64,000 nt of DNA from an uncultured Solirubrobacteraceae bacterium (GTDB lineage: Bacteria; Actinomycetota; Thermoleophilia; Solirubrobacterales; Solirubrobacteraceae). Positions within the stretch are counted from its first letter, which is position 1; each line of letters begins with the position of its first letter. A model generated the notes under the pieces. That model searched no databases, was not told the origin of the DNA, and saw nothing but the letters and a program-made list of their open reading frames with translations. A program made the translations under genes and the position numbers. The stretch is from the NCBI GenBank assembly GCA_963764385.1, contig CAVXSJ010000001.1:8582-72581 (forward strand). The letters are read 5' to 3'. This document shows positions 18,744-27,861 of the stretch, piece after piece.

Positions 18744-20054
18744 GTGGCTCAGGTAGGACTTCGCGAGCTGCTGGAGGCCGGCGTGCACTTCGGCCACCAG
18801 ACTCGCCGCTGGAACCCCAAGATGCGCCGGTTCATCCATGGCGAGAACGGCGGCATCTATCTCATCGACCTGCTGAAGACCGAGGCCCTGCTGCGGCAGG
18901 CCCAGGAGTTCGCGGGCGAGGTCGCCCACCGCGGCGGCACCGTGCTGTTCGTCGGCACGAAGAAGCAGGCGCGCGATTCCATCAAGGAGATCGCCGAGGC
19001 GGCCGGACAGCCGTACGTCAACCATCGCTGGCTGGGCGGCCTGCTGACGAACTTCCAGACCATCTCGCTTCGCATCCGGCGGCTGCACGATCTCGAGCGC
19101 TACGAGGCCGAGGGGCAGCTCGCGCTGCTGCCGACCCGCGAGCGCCTGTCCGCGCAGGCCGATCTGGAGAAGCTCCAGGCCAACCTGGGCGGCGTCAAGA
19201 ACATGCAGCGCCCGCCCGACGCGATGTTCGTGGTCGACCTCAAGACCGAGGTGATCGCGGTGCACGAGGCCCAGCGCCTGCGGATCCCGATCATCGGGCT
19301 GGTCGACACCAACTGCGACCCCGACGGCATCGACTACGTGGTCCCGGGCAACGACGACGCGATCCGAGCCTGCGCGCTGATCACGCGGGCGATCGGCGAC
19401 GTCGTCTCCGAGGGCCGCTCGGTGTTCCGCGCCCAGGAGGAGCAGGCGCGCAAGGAGGCCGAGGAGCAGGCCCGCCGCGAGCAGGAGGAGAAGGCCCGCC
19501 GCGAGCAGGAGGAGCGCGACCGTGCCGAGGCCGAGGAGCGCGAGCGCGCCGAGGCCGAGGCTGCGCTGACGCAGACCCCGGACGCCCAGACGCGTGACGT
19601 GGCCGAGGCCCAGGTGGCCGAGGCCGTGCAGGCGGCGCCGGCGAAGCCCGAGGGCCGTGCCGGCGCGGAGGCCAGCGCGGCCGCCGCTGCGGCTGCCGAG
19701 CCCGCCGTGGCGAGCGCGCCCGCGGCCGCGGAGGTCCCGGCCGTGGCCGAGACCCCCGCCGCCGACGCCGCGCCTGCCGCGGAGCCGGTGGCTGAGCCTG
19801 CGCCCGCCGCCGAGGCGCCTGCGGAGCCGGTCGCTGAGGCTGCGCCTGCCGCTGAGGCGCCCGCCGCGACCGAGGAGGTGGCTGTCGCCACGGAAGAGCC
19901 GGCCGCCGAGGCGCCCGCCGCGACCGAGGAGGTGGCTGTCGCCACCGAGGAACCGGCCGCCGAGGCGCCCGCCAAGAAGAAGGCCCCGGCCAAGCCGCGG
20001 GCCAAGAAGACGACGACAGCGAAGCCGAAGAAGAAGGACGAGGACGCCAAGTGA
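18744..20054 (+). CDS. rpsB: 30S ribosomal protein S2 with a C-terminal extension of about 200 aa
   Basis: GTG 18744 is preceded by an AAGGGAG ribosome-binding site. The core is LLEAGVHFGHQTRRWNPKM...VVDLKTEVIAVHEAQRLRIPIIGLVDTNCDP. It is followed by an EQR-rich segment, an Ala/Pro/Glu-rich segment and a Lys-rich tail. Confidence 0.9.
   Translation: MAQVGLRELLEAGVHFGHQTRRWNPKMRRFIHGENGGIYLIDLLKTEALLRQAQEFAGEVAHRGGTVLFVGTKKQARDSIKEIAEAAGQPYVNHRWLGGLLTNFQTISLRIRRLHDLERYEAEGQLALLPTRERLSAQADLEKLQANLGGVKNMQRPPDAMFVVDLKTEVIAVHEAQRLRIPIIGLVDTNCDPDGIDYVVPGNDDAIRACALITRAIGDVVSEGRSVFRAQEEQARKEAEEQARREQEEKARREQEERDRAEAEERERAEAEAALTQTPDAQTRDVAEAQVAEAVQAAPAKPEGRAGAEASAAAAAAAEPAVASAPAAAEVPAVAETPAADAAPAAEPVAEPAPAAEAPAEPVAEAAPAAEAPAATEEVAVATEEPAAEAPAATEEVAVATEEPAAEAPAKKKAPAKPRAKKTTTAKPKKKDEDAK
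19848..19973 (+). repeat. In-frame 54-nt tandem repeat (2.3 copies) inside the rpsB extension
   Basis: AAEAPAATEEVAVATEEP is encoded twice (19848-19901 and 19902-19955) with only 4 of 54 positions differing (all in synonymous codons). A partial third copy follows. Confidence 0.85.
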
Positions 20055-20659
20055 GCACCCCTACGATCACCGCCGCGCAGGTCAAGGAGCTGCGCGACCG
20101 CACCGGCGCGGGAATGATGGACTGCAAGAAGGCGCTCGGTGAGACCGACGGCGACATCGACGCCGCGGCCGAGCTGCTGCGCGTCCGCCTGGGCGACAAG
20201 GCCCTGAAGATGGGCGGCCGCGAGGCCACCGAGGGCACCGTGCAGTCGTACATCCACGCCAACAACAAGGTCGGCGTGCTGATCGAGGTCGATTGCAACA
20301 CCGACTTCGTGGCCCGCAACGACGACTTCACGGCGTTCGCCCGCGAGATCGCGCTGCACATCGCCGCCTCGCCGACCACCCTGTACGTCTCCGAGGACGA
20401 GATCCCGGAGGAGGCCAAGCAGGCCGAGCTGCGCGTGTTCGAGCAGCAGGCCGCCGACAAGCCGGAGAACGTGCGCGGGCGGATCGCCGAGGGCAAGCTC
20501 CGCAAGTGGATGGAGGAGACCGTCCTCCTGAACCAGGTGCACGTGAACACCGACAAGTACGAGGGCAAGACGATCGAGCAGCTGCGGTCAGAGCTGTCGG
20601 GAACGACGGGCGAGAACGTCGTCATCCGCCGCTTCGCGCGCTTCTCCGTCGGGGCCTAG
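20051..20659 (+). CDS. tsf: Elongation factor Ts, short form (202 aa)
   Basis: [41 protein letters not shown], and a conserved C-terminal segment. GTGA overlap with rpsB. Confidence 0.9.
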   Translation: MSTPTITAAQVKELRDRTGAGMMDCKKALGETDGDIDAAAELLRVRLGDKALKMGGREATEGTVQSYIHANNKVGVLIEVDCNTDFVARNDDFTAFAREIALHIAASPTTLYVSEDEIPEEAKQAELRVFEQQAADKPENVRGRIAEGKLRKWMEETVLLNQVHVNTDKYEGKTIEQLRSELSGTTGENVVIRRFARFSVGA

Positions 20660-20664
20660 CGCCG

Positions 20665-21384
20665 GTGGCCGAGCCGGTCTTCAAGCGGATCCTGCTGAAG
20701 CTGTCCGGGGAGGCCCTGATGGGCGACCTCGACTACGGGACCGACCCCGAGGTCGTCCGCAAGCTCGCCCGCCAGATCAAGGGGCTGCACGACCGCGGCG
20801 TCGAAGTCGCGGTCGTGCTCGGAGCCGGCAACATCTACCGCGGCGTGTCCGCCGCCGCCGAGGACATGGACCGCGCCACGGCGGATTACATGGGGATGCT
20901 GGCCATCGTGCTGAACGCGCTGACGCTGCAGGACGCGCTGGAGAAGCTCGGCGTGCACACCCGCGTGCAGTCGGCGATCACGATCTCCGAGGTCGCCGAG
21001 CCCTACATCCGCCGCCGCGCGATGCGCCACCTCGAGAAGGGGCGGGTCGTGATCTTCGCCGCCGGCACCGGCAACCCGTTCTTCACCTCCGACACCGCGG
21101 CCGCCCTGCGCGCCCTCGAGATGCACGCGGAGATCATCCTGATGGCCAAGAACGGGACCGAGGGGATCTACACGTCGGACCCCAACACGGACCCCGACGC
21201 GGAGTTCATCCCGGAGATCGCGGCGCGCGAGGCGCTCCAGCGCGGCCTCAAGGTGATGGACTCCACGGCGCTCTCGCTGTGCATGGACAACCACGTCCCG
21301 ATCTGCGTGTTCAACATGGGCGACGAGCGCAATATCGACCGGATAGTCTCCGGCGAACGCGTGGGGACACTGGTGACGACATGA
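20665..21384 (+). CDS. pyrH: UMP kinase
   Basis: [65 protein letters not shown]. Confidence 0.92.
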   Translation: MAEPVFKRILLKLSGEALMGDLDYGTDPEVVRKLARQIKGLHDRGVEVAVVLGAGNIYRGVSAAAEDMDRATADYMGMLAIVLNALTLQDALEKLGVHTRVQSAITISEVAEPYIRRRAMRHLEKGRVVIFAAGTGNPFFTSDTAAALRALEMHAEIILMAKNGTEGIYTSDPNTDPDAEFIPEIAAREALQRGLKVMDSTALSLCMDNHVPICVFNMGDERNIDRIVSGERVGTLVTT

Positions 21385-21944
21385 CCATCATCGACGACTT
21401 CCTCAAGGACGCTGGCGACCACATGGACAAGTCCGTGGACGCCACGCGCGCCAAGTTCGGCTCCGTGCGCACGGGCCGCGCGTCGCCGGCGCTGCTGGAC
21501 CGGATCATGGTCGACTACTACGGCGCCATGACCCCGCTCAAGCAGCTCGCCACCGTCTCGGCCCCCGAGGCGCGCCTGCTCACCGTGCAGCCCTACGACA
21601 AGACCTCGGTGAAGGCGATCGAGCGCGCGATCCTCGAGTCCGACATCGGGCTGACGCCGAACAACGACGGGGCGATCATCCGCCTGCAGATCCCCGAGCT
21701 GACCGAGGAGCGTCGCCGCGAGCTGGTGAAAGTGGTGCGCGGTCTGGCCGAGGAGGGCAAGGTCGCGATCCGCAACATCCGCCGCGACACGATGCACGAC
21801 CTGCGCGAGCTGCGCGACGCGGGCGAGGCGGGCTCCGACGACGAGCACCGCGCCGAGGACCAGCTGCAGAAGCTCACCGACGAGAAGATCAAGCTGCTCG
21901 ACGCCGTGGTCAAGAGCAAGGAAGAAGAGATCCTCGAGGTGTGA
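21381..21944 (+). CDS. frr: Ribosome recycling factor
   Basis: [59 protein letters not shown]. Confidence 0.92.
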   Translation: MTIIDDFLKDAGDHMDKSVDATRAKFGSVRTGRASPALLDRIMVDYYGAMTPLKQLATVSAPEARLLTVQPYDKTSVKAIERAILESDIGLTPNNDGAIIRLQIPELTEERRRELVKVVRGLAEEGKVAIRNIRRDTMHDLRELRDAGEAGSDDEHRAEDQLQKLTDEKIKLLDAVVKSKEEEILEV

Positions 21945-22603
21945 GCGCCTCTTACGTGGCCATCATCACGGATGGCAACGGCCGCTGGGCCCAGCAGCGG
22001 GGCCTGCCGGTGGCCGAAGGGCATGAGGCCGGGGCGGACACCGTCAAGGCGAGGCTGCGCGACGCGGTCGACCTCGGCGTGCGCGAGTTGACCGTCTACT
22101 CGTTCTCGACCGAGAACTGGTCGCGCTCCCCCGACGAGATCGCCGGCCTGATGGGGATGTTCTCCGAGCGGATCCTCGGCGAGACGCCCGAGCTCAACGG
22201 CGAGGGCGTGCGGATGCGCTTCATCGGCCGCCGCGAGGGGGTCGCGCCCGAGCTGGTCGAGCAGATGGAGTGGGCGGAGCAGACGACCGCCGGCAACGAC
22301 CGGATCACGCTGTTCGTCGCCTTCAACTACGGCGGCCGGGCCGAGATCGTCGACGCCGCGCGGCGCTTCGAGGGCGGCGACGAAGAGGACTTCGCCAAGC
22401 TCCTGTACGCGCCGGAGATGCACGACCCGGACCTCGTGATCCGCACGAGCGGCGAGCAGCGCCTGTCCAACTACCTGCTGTGGCAGTCGGCCTACTCGGA
22501 GCTGCACTTCACCGACGTGCTGTGGCCCGACTTCTCGCGGGCGGACCTCGAGGCGGCGCTGGAGGCCTACGCGGCCCGCGGCCGCCGCTTCGGCGGGCGC
22601 TGA
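21941..22603 (+). CDS. uppS: Undecaprenyl (isoprenyl) diphosphate synthase
   Basis: VAIITDGNGRWA, GHEAG, LTVYSFSTENWSR, FNYGGRAEIV, IRTSGEQRLSNYLLWQSAYSEL, RRFGG. Confidence 0.9.
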   Translation: MSASYVAIITDGNGRWAQQRGLPVAEGHEAGADTVKARLRDAVDLGVRELTVYSFSTENWSRSPDEIAGLMGMFSERILGETPELNGEGVRMRFIGRREGVAPELVEQMEWAEQTTAGNDRITLFVAFNYGGRAEIVDAARRFEGGDEEDFAKLLYAPEMHDPDLVIRTSGEQRLSNYLLWQSAYSELHFTDVLWPDFSRADLEAALEAYAARGRRFGGR

Positions 22604-23436
22604 TGGCCGCGCGCTCGCGATCCCGGCGCCGCTCGCGCGGCGCGTCAGACCTCCCGGCGCGCGTGCTCGTCGCGATCCCGGCGATCGCGTTCGCGATCTT
22701 CATCATCGTCTCCGGCGGCTGGGTGTTCACGCTCGGCGTGCTGGCGCTGGGGATCCTCTGCCTGCACGAGCTGTTCCGGATGTACGAGGGCCTGCGGCCG
22801 GTCAAGCTCGTCGGCTTCGCGGCGGTCGCGGGGCTGGCCGTCGCGGCGCAGCTGGGCGACGAGCGCCAGGTGCTGCTGGCCGCGGTCGCCTTCGTGCCCC
22901 TGATGTTCCTGCTCGCGGTGGCGATGCCGCTGCGCGAGGGGGTCACCGTGACCGCGTCGATGATGATCACCGTCTTCGGCGTGTTCTGGATCGGGATGGC
23001 GATCGCCCACGCCGTCCTGCTGCGGGGAACGCCGCACGGCGACGGGATCCTGATCGACATCCTGGTCGGCACGTTCGTCGGCGACACCGGCGCCTACATC
23101 GGCGGGCGCTACTTCGGGGCGCGCCGGCTGGCGCCTCGCATCTCGCCCAACAAGACCGTCGAGGGACTGGTGATCGGGTTCGTGATCGCCGTGCTCGCCA
23201 CCTGGGCGGCCGGGCTCTACCAGGACTGGCTCCCGGGCACCGATGCGGTGCTGCTGGGCGTCGCGGTCGGGCTGGTGGCACCGCTCGGCGACCTGTTCGA
23301 ATCCCAGGTCAAGCGCGACGCGGGGGCGAAGGATGCCGGCCGCGCGTTCGGCGCCCACGGCGGCGCGTTGGACCGCCTCGACGCGGCGTTCTTCACGATC
23401 GTCGCGGGCTACTACGTCTGGCTGGCCCTGCTTTAG
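22603..23436 (+). CDS. cdsA: Phosphatidate cytidylyltransferase
   Basis: Multi-TM protein with VGDTGAYIGGRYFG..L.P.ISPNKTVEG and LGDLFESQVKRDAGAKD...GHGGALDRLD. Confidence 0.88.
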   Translation: MAARSRSRRRSRGASDLPARVLVAIPAIAFAIFIIVSGGWVFTLGVLALGILCLHELFRMYEGLRPVKLVGFAAVAGLAVAAQLGDERQVLLAAVAFVPLMFLLAVAMPLREGVTVTASMMITVFGVFWIGMAIAHAVLLRGTPHGDGILIDILVGTFVGDTGAYIGGRYFGARRLAPRISPNKTVEGLVIGFVIAVLATWAAGLYQDWLPGTDAVLLGVAVGLVAPLGDLFESQVKRDAGAKDAGRAFGAHGGALDRLDAAFFTIVAGYYVWLALL

Positions 23437-23602
23437 AGTCGGCCTGTCGCGGACGGCGTCCAGGCGGCAGTGGATCTACCCGGGCGCGCTGGCGCTGCTG
23501 CTCGTGACGCTGTGGTTCATCCGGCCGCTCCTCCGGTACCCCGGAGACCGCTAAGGCCCGCGCACGCTCAAGTCGCACCCTCCCGCGGCCGACCACTGGG
23601 CT

Positions 23603-25503
23603 ATGTCTGCGGGGCGGCCGATCACGAGGCTGACAGCGCCGTTCGCCGCGCTGCAAACCTGGCTGCCCCAGGGGCAACTGCTCGCCGAGCCGGTCTGGCG
23701 GCACCGTCACCGCACGGTCGTGACCCTGATCTGGCTGCACGCGGTCGGGCTGACCGCGTTCGCGCTGATCCAGGGGCTCGGGATCGTGCACGCGCTGACC
23801 GAGGGCGGGATTCTCGCGGTCGCGGCGATCGCCGCGTCGAGCGAGGGCGTCAGCCCCCGGGTGCGGTCGCTGTGCGCCTCGTTCGGCCTGATCGCCTCCT
23901 CTGCGGTGCTCGTGCACCTCTGGAACGGCGCCATCGAGGCGCACTTCCACTTCTTCGTGATGATCGCCGTCCTGGCCCTCTACCAGGACTGGCTGCCGTT
24001 CGGGATGGCGCTGGTGATGGTGATCGTGCACCACGGCCTGGGGAGCGTCATCAGCACCGACCAGGTCTTCAACCACCCCGCCGCGATCGCGCACCCGTGG
24101 CGATGGTCGCTGATCCACGGCGGCTTCGTGCTCGCCGCGAGCGCCGCCCACGTCGTCGCGTGGCGCGCCAACGAGACGCAGCTCCTGCGCGACCCGCTCA
24201 CCAGCCTGCCGAGCCGGCATGCTGTTCACGCACCGCCTGGAGGCCGCGCTCGCGCGCCTGAACCGCCAGCCCGGGGCCGTGGCGGTGCTGTTCCTCGACC
24301 TCGACCGCTTCAAGCTCGTCAACGACAGCCTCGGCCACGGGGCCGGCGACGAGCTGCTCACCGCGACCGCTCAGCGGCTGTGCTCGGCCGTTCGCCGCCA
24401 CGAGCTGGTGGCCCGCTTCGGCGGCGACGAGTTCGCGATCCTGTGCGAGGACCTCGGCGACGAGGGCGACGCCGTCGCCGTCGCCGAGCGCATCCTGAAG
24501 GCGCTCGGGCGGCCGTTCACGCTCGGCCGCGGCCAGCAGGTGTTCTCGAACGCCAGCATCGGCATCGCGACCGCCTCCACGTTCGGCCGCAGCGCCGACG
24601 AGCTGATCCGCGACGCCGACGCCGCGATGTACCGCGCCAAGCAGACCGGCGGCGGGCGCGCCGCGCTGTTCGACGACGTGATGCTCCAGCGTTCCGCCGC
24701 TCGCCTTGACCTCGAGAACGACCTTCGCCGCGCGCTGGTCCAGGACGAGCTGGTCGTCCACTTCCAGCCGGAGCTGTCGCTCCCCGGCGGCGGGCTGGTC
24801 GGGATGGAGGCGCTGGTGCGCTGGGAGCACCCCGACCGGGGCCTGCTCGCGCCGGGCGAGTTCATCTCGCTCGCCGAGGAGACCGGCCTGATCGTCCCGA
24901 TCGGCGCGTGGGTGCTCGAGGAGGCGTGCCAACACGCCCAGACCTGGCGGGAGACGGGCGTGATGGCCGACGGCGTGCTGATGCGCGTCAACGTCTCCGC
25001 GGTCCAGCTCTCCGACGGGCGACGAGCTGATCGCCGTGGTCGCCGGGGTGCTCGAGCGGACGGGGCTCGACCCCGCCGCGCTGTGCCTGGAGGTGACCGA
25101 GAGCGTGCTCGCCGACGACGCCGACGCCTCGATCGCCACCCTGCGCGAGCTCAGGGCGCTCGGGGTCCAGATCGCCGTCGACGACTTCGGCACCGGCTAC
25201 TCGTCGCTGAGCTACCTGCGCCAGTTCCCGCTCGACTGCGTGAAGATCGACCGCTCCTTCGTGCGCGGGCTGCCCTCCAGCGGCGAGGACGCCGCGATCG
25301 TGGCCGCCGTGATCGAGCTCGGGCATTCGCTGGGGCTGTCCGTCACGGCCGAGGGCGTGGAGACCGACGAGCAGCTCGCCCACCTCAAGGCGGCCGGCTG
25401 CGACACCGCCCAGGGGTTCCTGTTCAGCCGCCCGCAGACCGCCAAGGCGATCGACGGGCTGCTCGCCGACGGGTTCGCGCCACACACGCTTACCGAAGCC
25501 TGA
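23603..25503 (+). pseudogene. Membrane-sensor GGDEF-EAL protein (c-di-GMP turnover) split over three frames by extra bases near 24218 and 25017
   Basis: Frame 1 (23603-24217) is a His-rich multi-TM domain ending in DPLTSLPSR. Frame 2 (24219-25016) holds the GGDEF domain (RFGGDEFAIL) and the start of the EAL domain (MEALVRWEHP). Frame 3 (25018-25503) holds the rest of the EAL domain (CLEVTES, DDFGTGYSSLSYL, KIDRSF, VTAEGVET, QGFLFSRP). Confidence 0.85.
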
Positions 25504-25514
25504 GAACCCGCGGT

Positions 25515-25562
25515 CTTCGCCCCCTGGGCGAAGCCGCAAGGGAACCTGGCCCCCAGGGCCAG
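25515..25562 (+). terminator. Two GC-rich hairpins after the GGDEF-EAL stop
   Basis: CTTCGCCC-CCT-GGGCGAAG (25515-25533) and CTGGCCC-CCA-GGGCCAG (25546-25562). There is no U-tract, so these are putative only. Confidence 0.35.
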
Positions 25563-25588
25563 CGTTCCCCCTGCCACAATGGGCCGCC

Positions 25589-26743
25589 GTGAAGCGCTTG
25601 CTCATCCTGGGCTCGACGGGCTCGATCGGCACGCAGGCGCTCGACGTCGTCGAGCGCGCGGCCGGAGAGTTCGAGATCGTCGGGCTATCGGCCGGAACGG
25701 CGCATGACGCGCTGGTCGCGCAGGCGCGCGCCCACGGCGTGCAGCGGATCGCGCTGTCCGATCCCGACTCCGCCGCCCGCGCCGCCGAGGCGTGGACCGA
25801 GGGCGAGGTGCTGGCCGGGCCCGAGGGCCTCGTGCGCCTTGTCGCCGAGTCCGACGCCGACATGGTCCTGAACGCCATCGTCGGCTCGGCCGGGCTCGGC
25901 CCCACCATCGTGGCCCTCACCGAGGGCATCGACGTGGCGCTGGCCAACAAGGAGTCGCTGGTGGTGGGCGGCGAGCTGGTGACCGCGCTCGCGGAGGCCA
26001 CCGGCGCGCAGCTGATCCCCGTCGACTCCGAGCACGCCGCCCTGCACCAGCTGATCGCCGGCGAGCGGGCCGGCACCATCGACCGCCTGACCGTCACGGC
26101 CTCCGGAGGCCCGTTCCGCGGCCGCTCGCGCGCCGAGATGGAGGAGGTCACCGTCGAGCAGGCGCTCAAGCACCCGACGTGGGCGATGGGCGGCAAGATC
26201 ACCATCGACTCCGCGACGCTGATGAACAAGGGGCTCGAGGTGATCGAGGCCCACCACCTGTTCGGCACGCCCTACTCCCGGATCGACGTCGTGGTGCACC
26301 CGCAGTCGATCGTCCACGCGCTCGTCTCGCTGTGCGACGGCTCGACGCTCGCCCACCTCGGCCACCCTGACATGCGGGTGCCGATCGCCTACGCGCTGCA
26401 CCATCCCGAGCGCGTCGACGTCCCGGTGCCGACGCTCGACCTCGCGCAGGTCGGCTCGCTCACCTTCGAGCCGCCCGACATCGAGGCGTTCCCCTGCCTG
26501 CGCCTCTCGCGCGAGGCCGCCGAGGCGGGCGGGACCGCGCCGTGCGTGCTCAACGCCGCCAACGAGGTCGCCGTCCACGCCTTCCTCAACGGGCGGCTCC
26601 CGTTCATGGGCATCCCCGCGGTGATCGAGCAGACGCTGGACCGCGTCGGCGCGTCGCGCGTGCACGCGTTCGAGTCGCTGTACGTGGCCGACGGCGAGGC
26701 CCGCGGCGTGGCCGGCGAGCTGATCGGGGCCCTGGCCGCGTGA
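25589..26743 (+). CDS. dxr: 1-deoxy-D-xylulose 5-phosphate reductoisomerase
   Basis: ILGSTGSIGTQALDV, LANKESLV, PVDSEHAALHQL, LTASGGPFR, HPTWAMGGKITIDSATLMNKGLEVIEAH, NAANEVAV. Confidence 0.93.
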   Translation: MKRLLILGSTGSIGTQALDVVERAAGEFEIVGLSAGTAHDALVAQARAHGVQRIALSDPDSAARAAEAWTEGEVLAGPEGLVRLVAESDADMVLNAIVGSAGLGPTIVALTEGIDVALANKESLVVGGELVTALAEATGAQLIPVDSEHAALHQLIAGERAGTIDRLTVTASGGPFRGRSRAEMEEVTVEQALKHPTWAMGGKITIDSATLMNKGLEVIEAHHLFGTPYSRIDVVVHPQSIVHALVSLCDGSTLAHLGHPDMRVPIAYALHHPERVDVPVPTLDLAQVGSLTFEPPDIEAFPCLRLSREAAEAGGTAPCVLNAANEVAVHAFLNGRLPFMGIPAVIEQTLDRVGASRVHAFESLYVADGEARGVAGELIGALAA

Positions 26744-27837
26744 GCTTCGTCCTGGCGTTCCTGGGCTTCGCGGTCCTGATCATCCTGCACGAGGCGGGGC
26801 ACTTCGCGGCCGCCAAGGCGGTCGGCATGCGCGTCGAGCGCTTCGCGCTGTTCTTCCCGCCGCTGATCGCGCGGAAGCAGTGGGGCGAGACCGAGTACGC
26901 GATCGGCGCCGTCCCGCTCGGCGGCTACGTGAAGATCACCGGGATGAACCCGGAGGAGGAGATCCCTCCGGAGCACGCCCACCGCGCCTACTTCCGCCAG
27001 CCGGTGTGGAAGCGCATCGTGGTCATCTCGGCCGGCCCGGCCGTGAACATCGTCCTCGCGTTCGTGATGTTGGCCGGGATCTACTGGGCCAACGGGACCA
27101 CCGAGCCGCCGCCGCGCGTCGCCGACATCAAGGCCGGCTCGCCCGCCTCCGGGATCCTCGAGTCCGGCGACGTGCTGGTCTCCGTCGACGGCAAGCGCCC
27201 GCCGGCCGACGGCACGCTGCGCGAGCAGAACCAGCTGATCTCCGGGCAGATCGCCAAGCACCGCTGCGCCGACAACGGCCCGGGCTGCAAGGCGACGGAG
27301 CCGGTCACGCTCGTGGTCCGCCGCGACGGCGAGCTGAAGACGCTGACCGCCACCCCCGTGTACGACCCCGAGGTGAAGCGTCCGCTGCTGGGCTTCCAGT
27401 TCGGCGGCACCGAGTACCCGGCCGGGCCGCTGCGCGCCGCCGGGCTCGGCGTCGAGCAGATGTGGCTCGTCACGAGCGCCACGGTGGAGACGATCGCCGG
27501 CATCTTCGAGGCGGAGAAGCGCAAGCAGATCTCCGGCGTGGTCGGGTCCTACGAGGCAACGCGGCAGTCGATCTCGGTCAGCGTGACGCAGGCGCTGTTC
27601 CTGCTGGCGATCATCTCGCTCTCGCTGGGCGTCATCAACCTGTTCCCGTTCCTGCCGTTGGACGGCGGGCACATCTTCTGGGCGATCGCCGAGAAGGTCC
27701 GCGGCGGCAAGCCGATCCCGCTCGCGACCATGGAGAAGGCGGGCTTCGTGGGCTTCGCGCTCGTGATCGCCCTGGCGGTGATCGGGCTCACGAACGACAT
27801 CGGACGCTTGACGGGCGAAGGCTTCAACGTCCGTTAA
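26740..27837 (+). CDS. rseP: RIP site-2 metalloprotease (M50, RseP/Rip1 type) with a PDZ domain
   Basis: GTGA overlap with dxr. Motifs seen: LHEAGHFAAAK, GGYVKITG, a PDZ-like ADIKAGSPASGILESGDVLVSVDG segment, and NLFPFLPLDGGH. Confidence 0.88.
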   Translation: MSFVLAFLGFAVLIILHEAGHFAAAKAVGMRVERFALFFPPLIARKQWGETEYAIGAVPLGGYVKITGMNPEEEIPPEHAHRAYFRQPVWKRIVVISAGPAVNIVLAFVMLAGIYWANGTTEPPPRVADIKAGSPASGILESGDVLVSVDGKRPPADGTLREQNQLISGQIAKHRCADNGPGCKATEPVTLVVRRDGELKTLTATPVYDPEVKRPLLGFQFGGTEYPAGPLRAAGLGVEQMWLVTSATVETIAGIFEAEKRKQISGVVGSYEATRQSISVSVTQALFLLAIISLSLGVINLFPFLPLDGGHIFWAIAEKVRGGKPIPLATMEKAGFVGFALVIALAVIGLTNDIGRLTGEGFNVR

Positions 27838-27861
27838 CCGCATCGAGGTAGGGTCGCGCTC

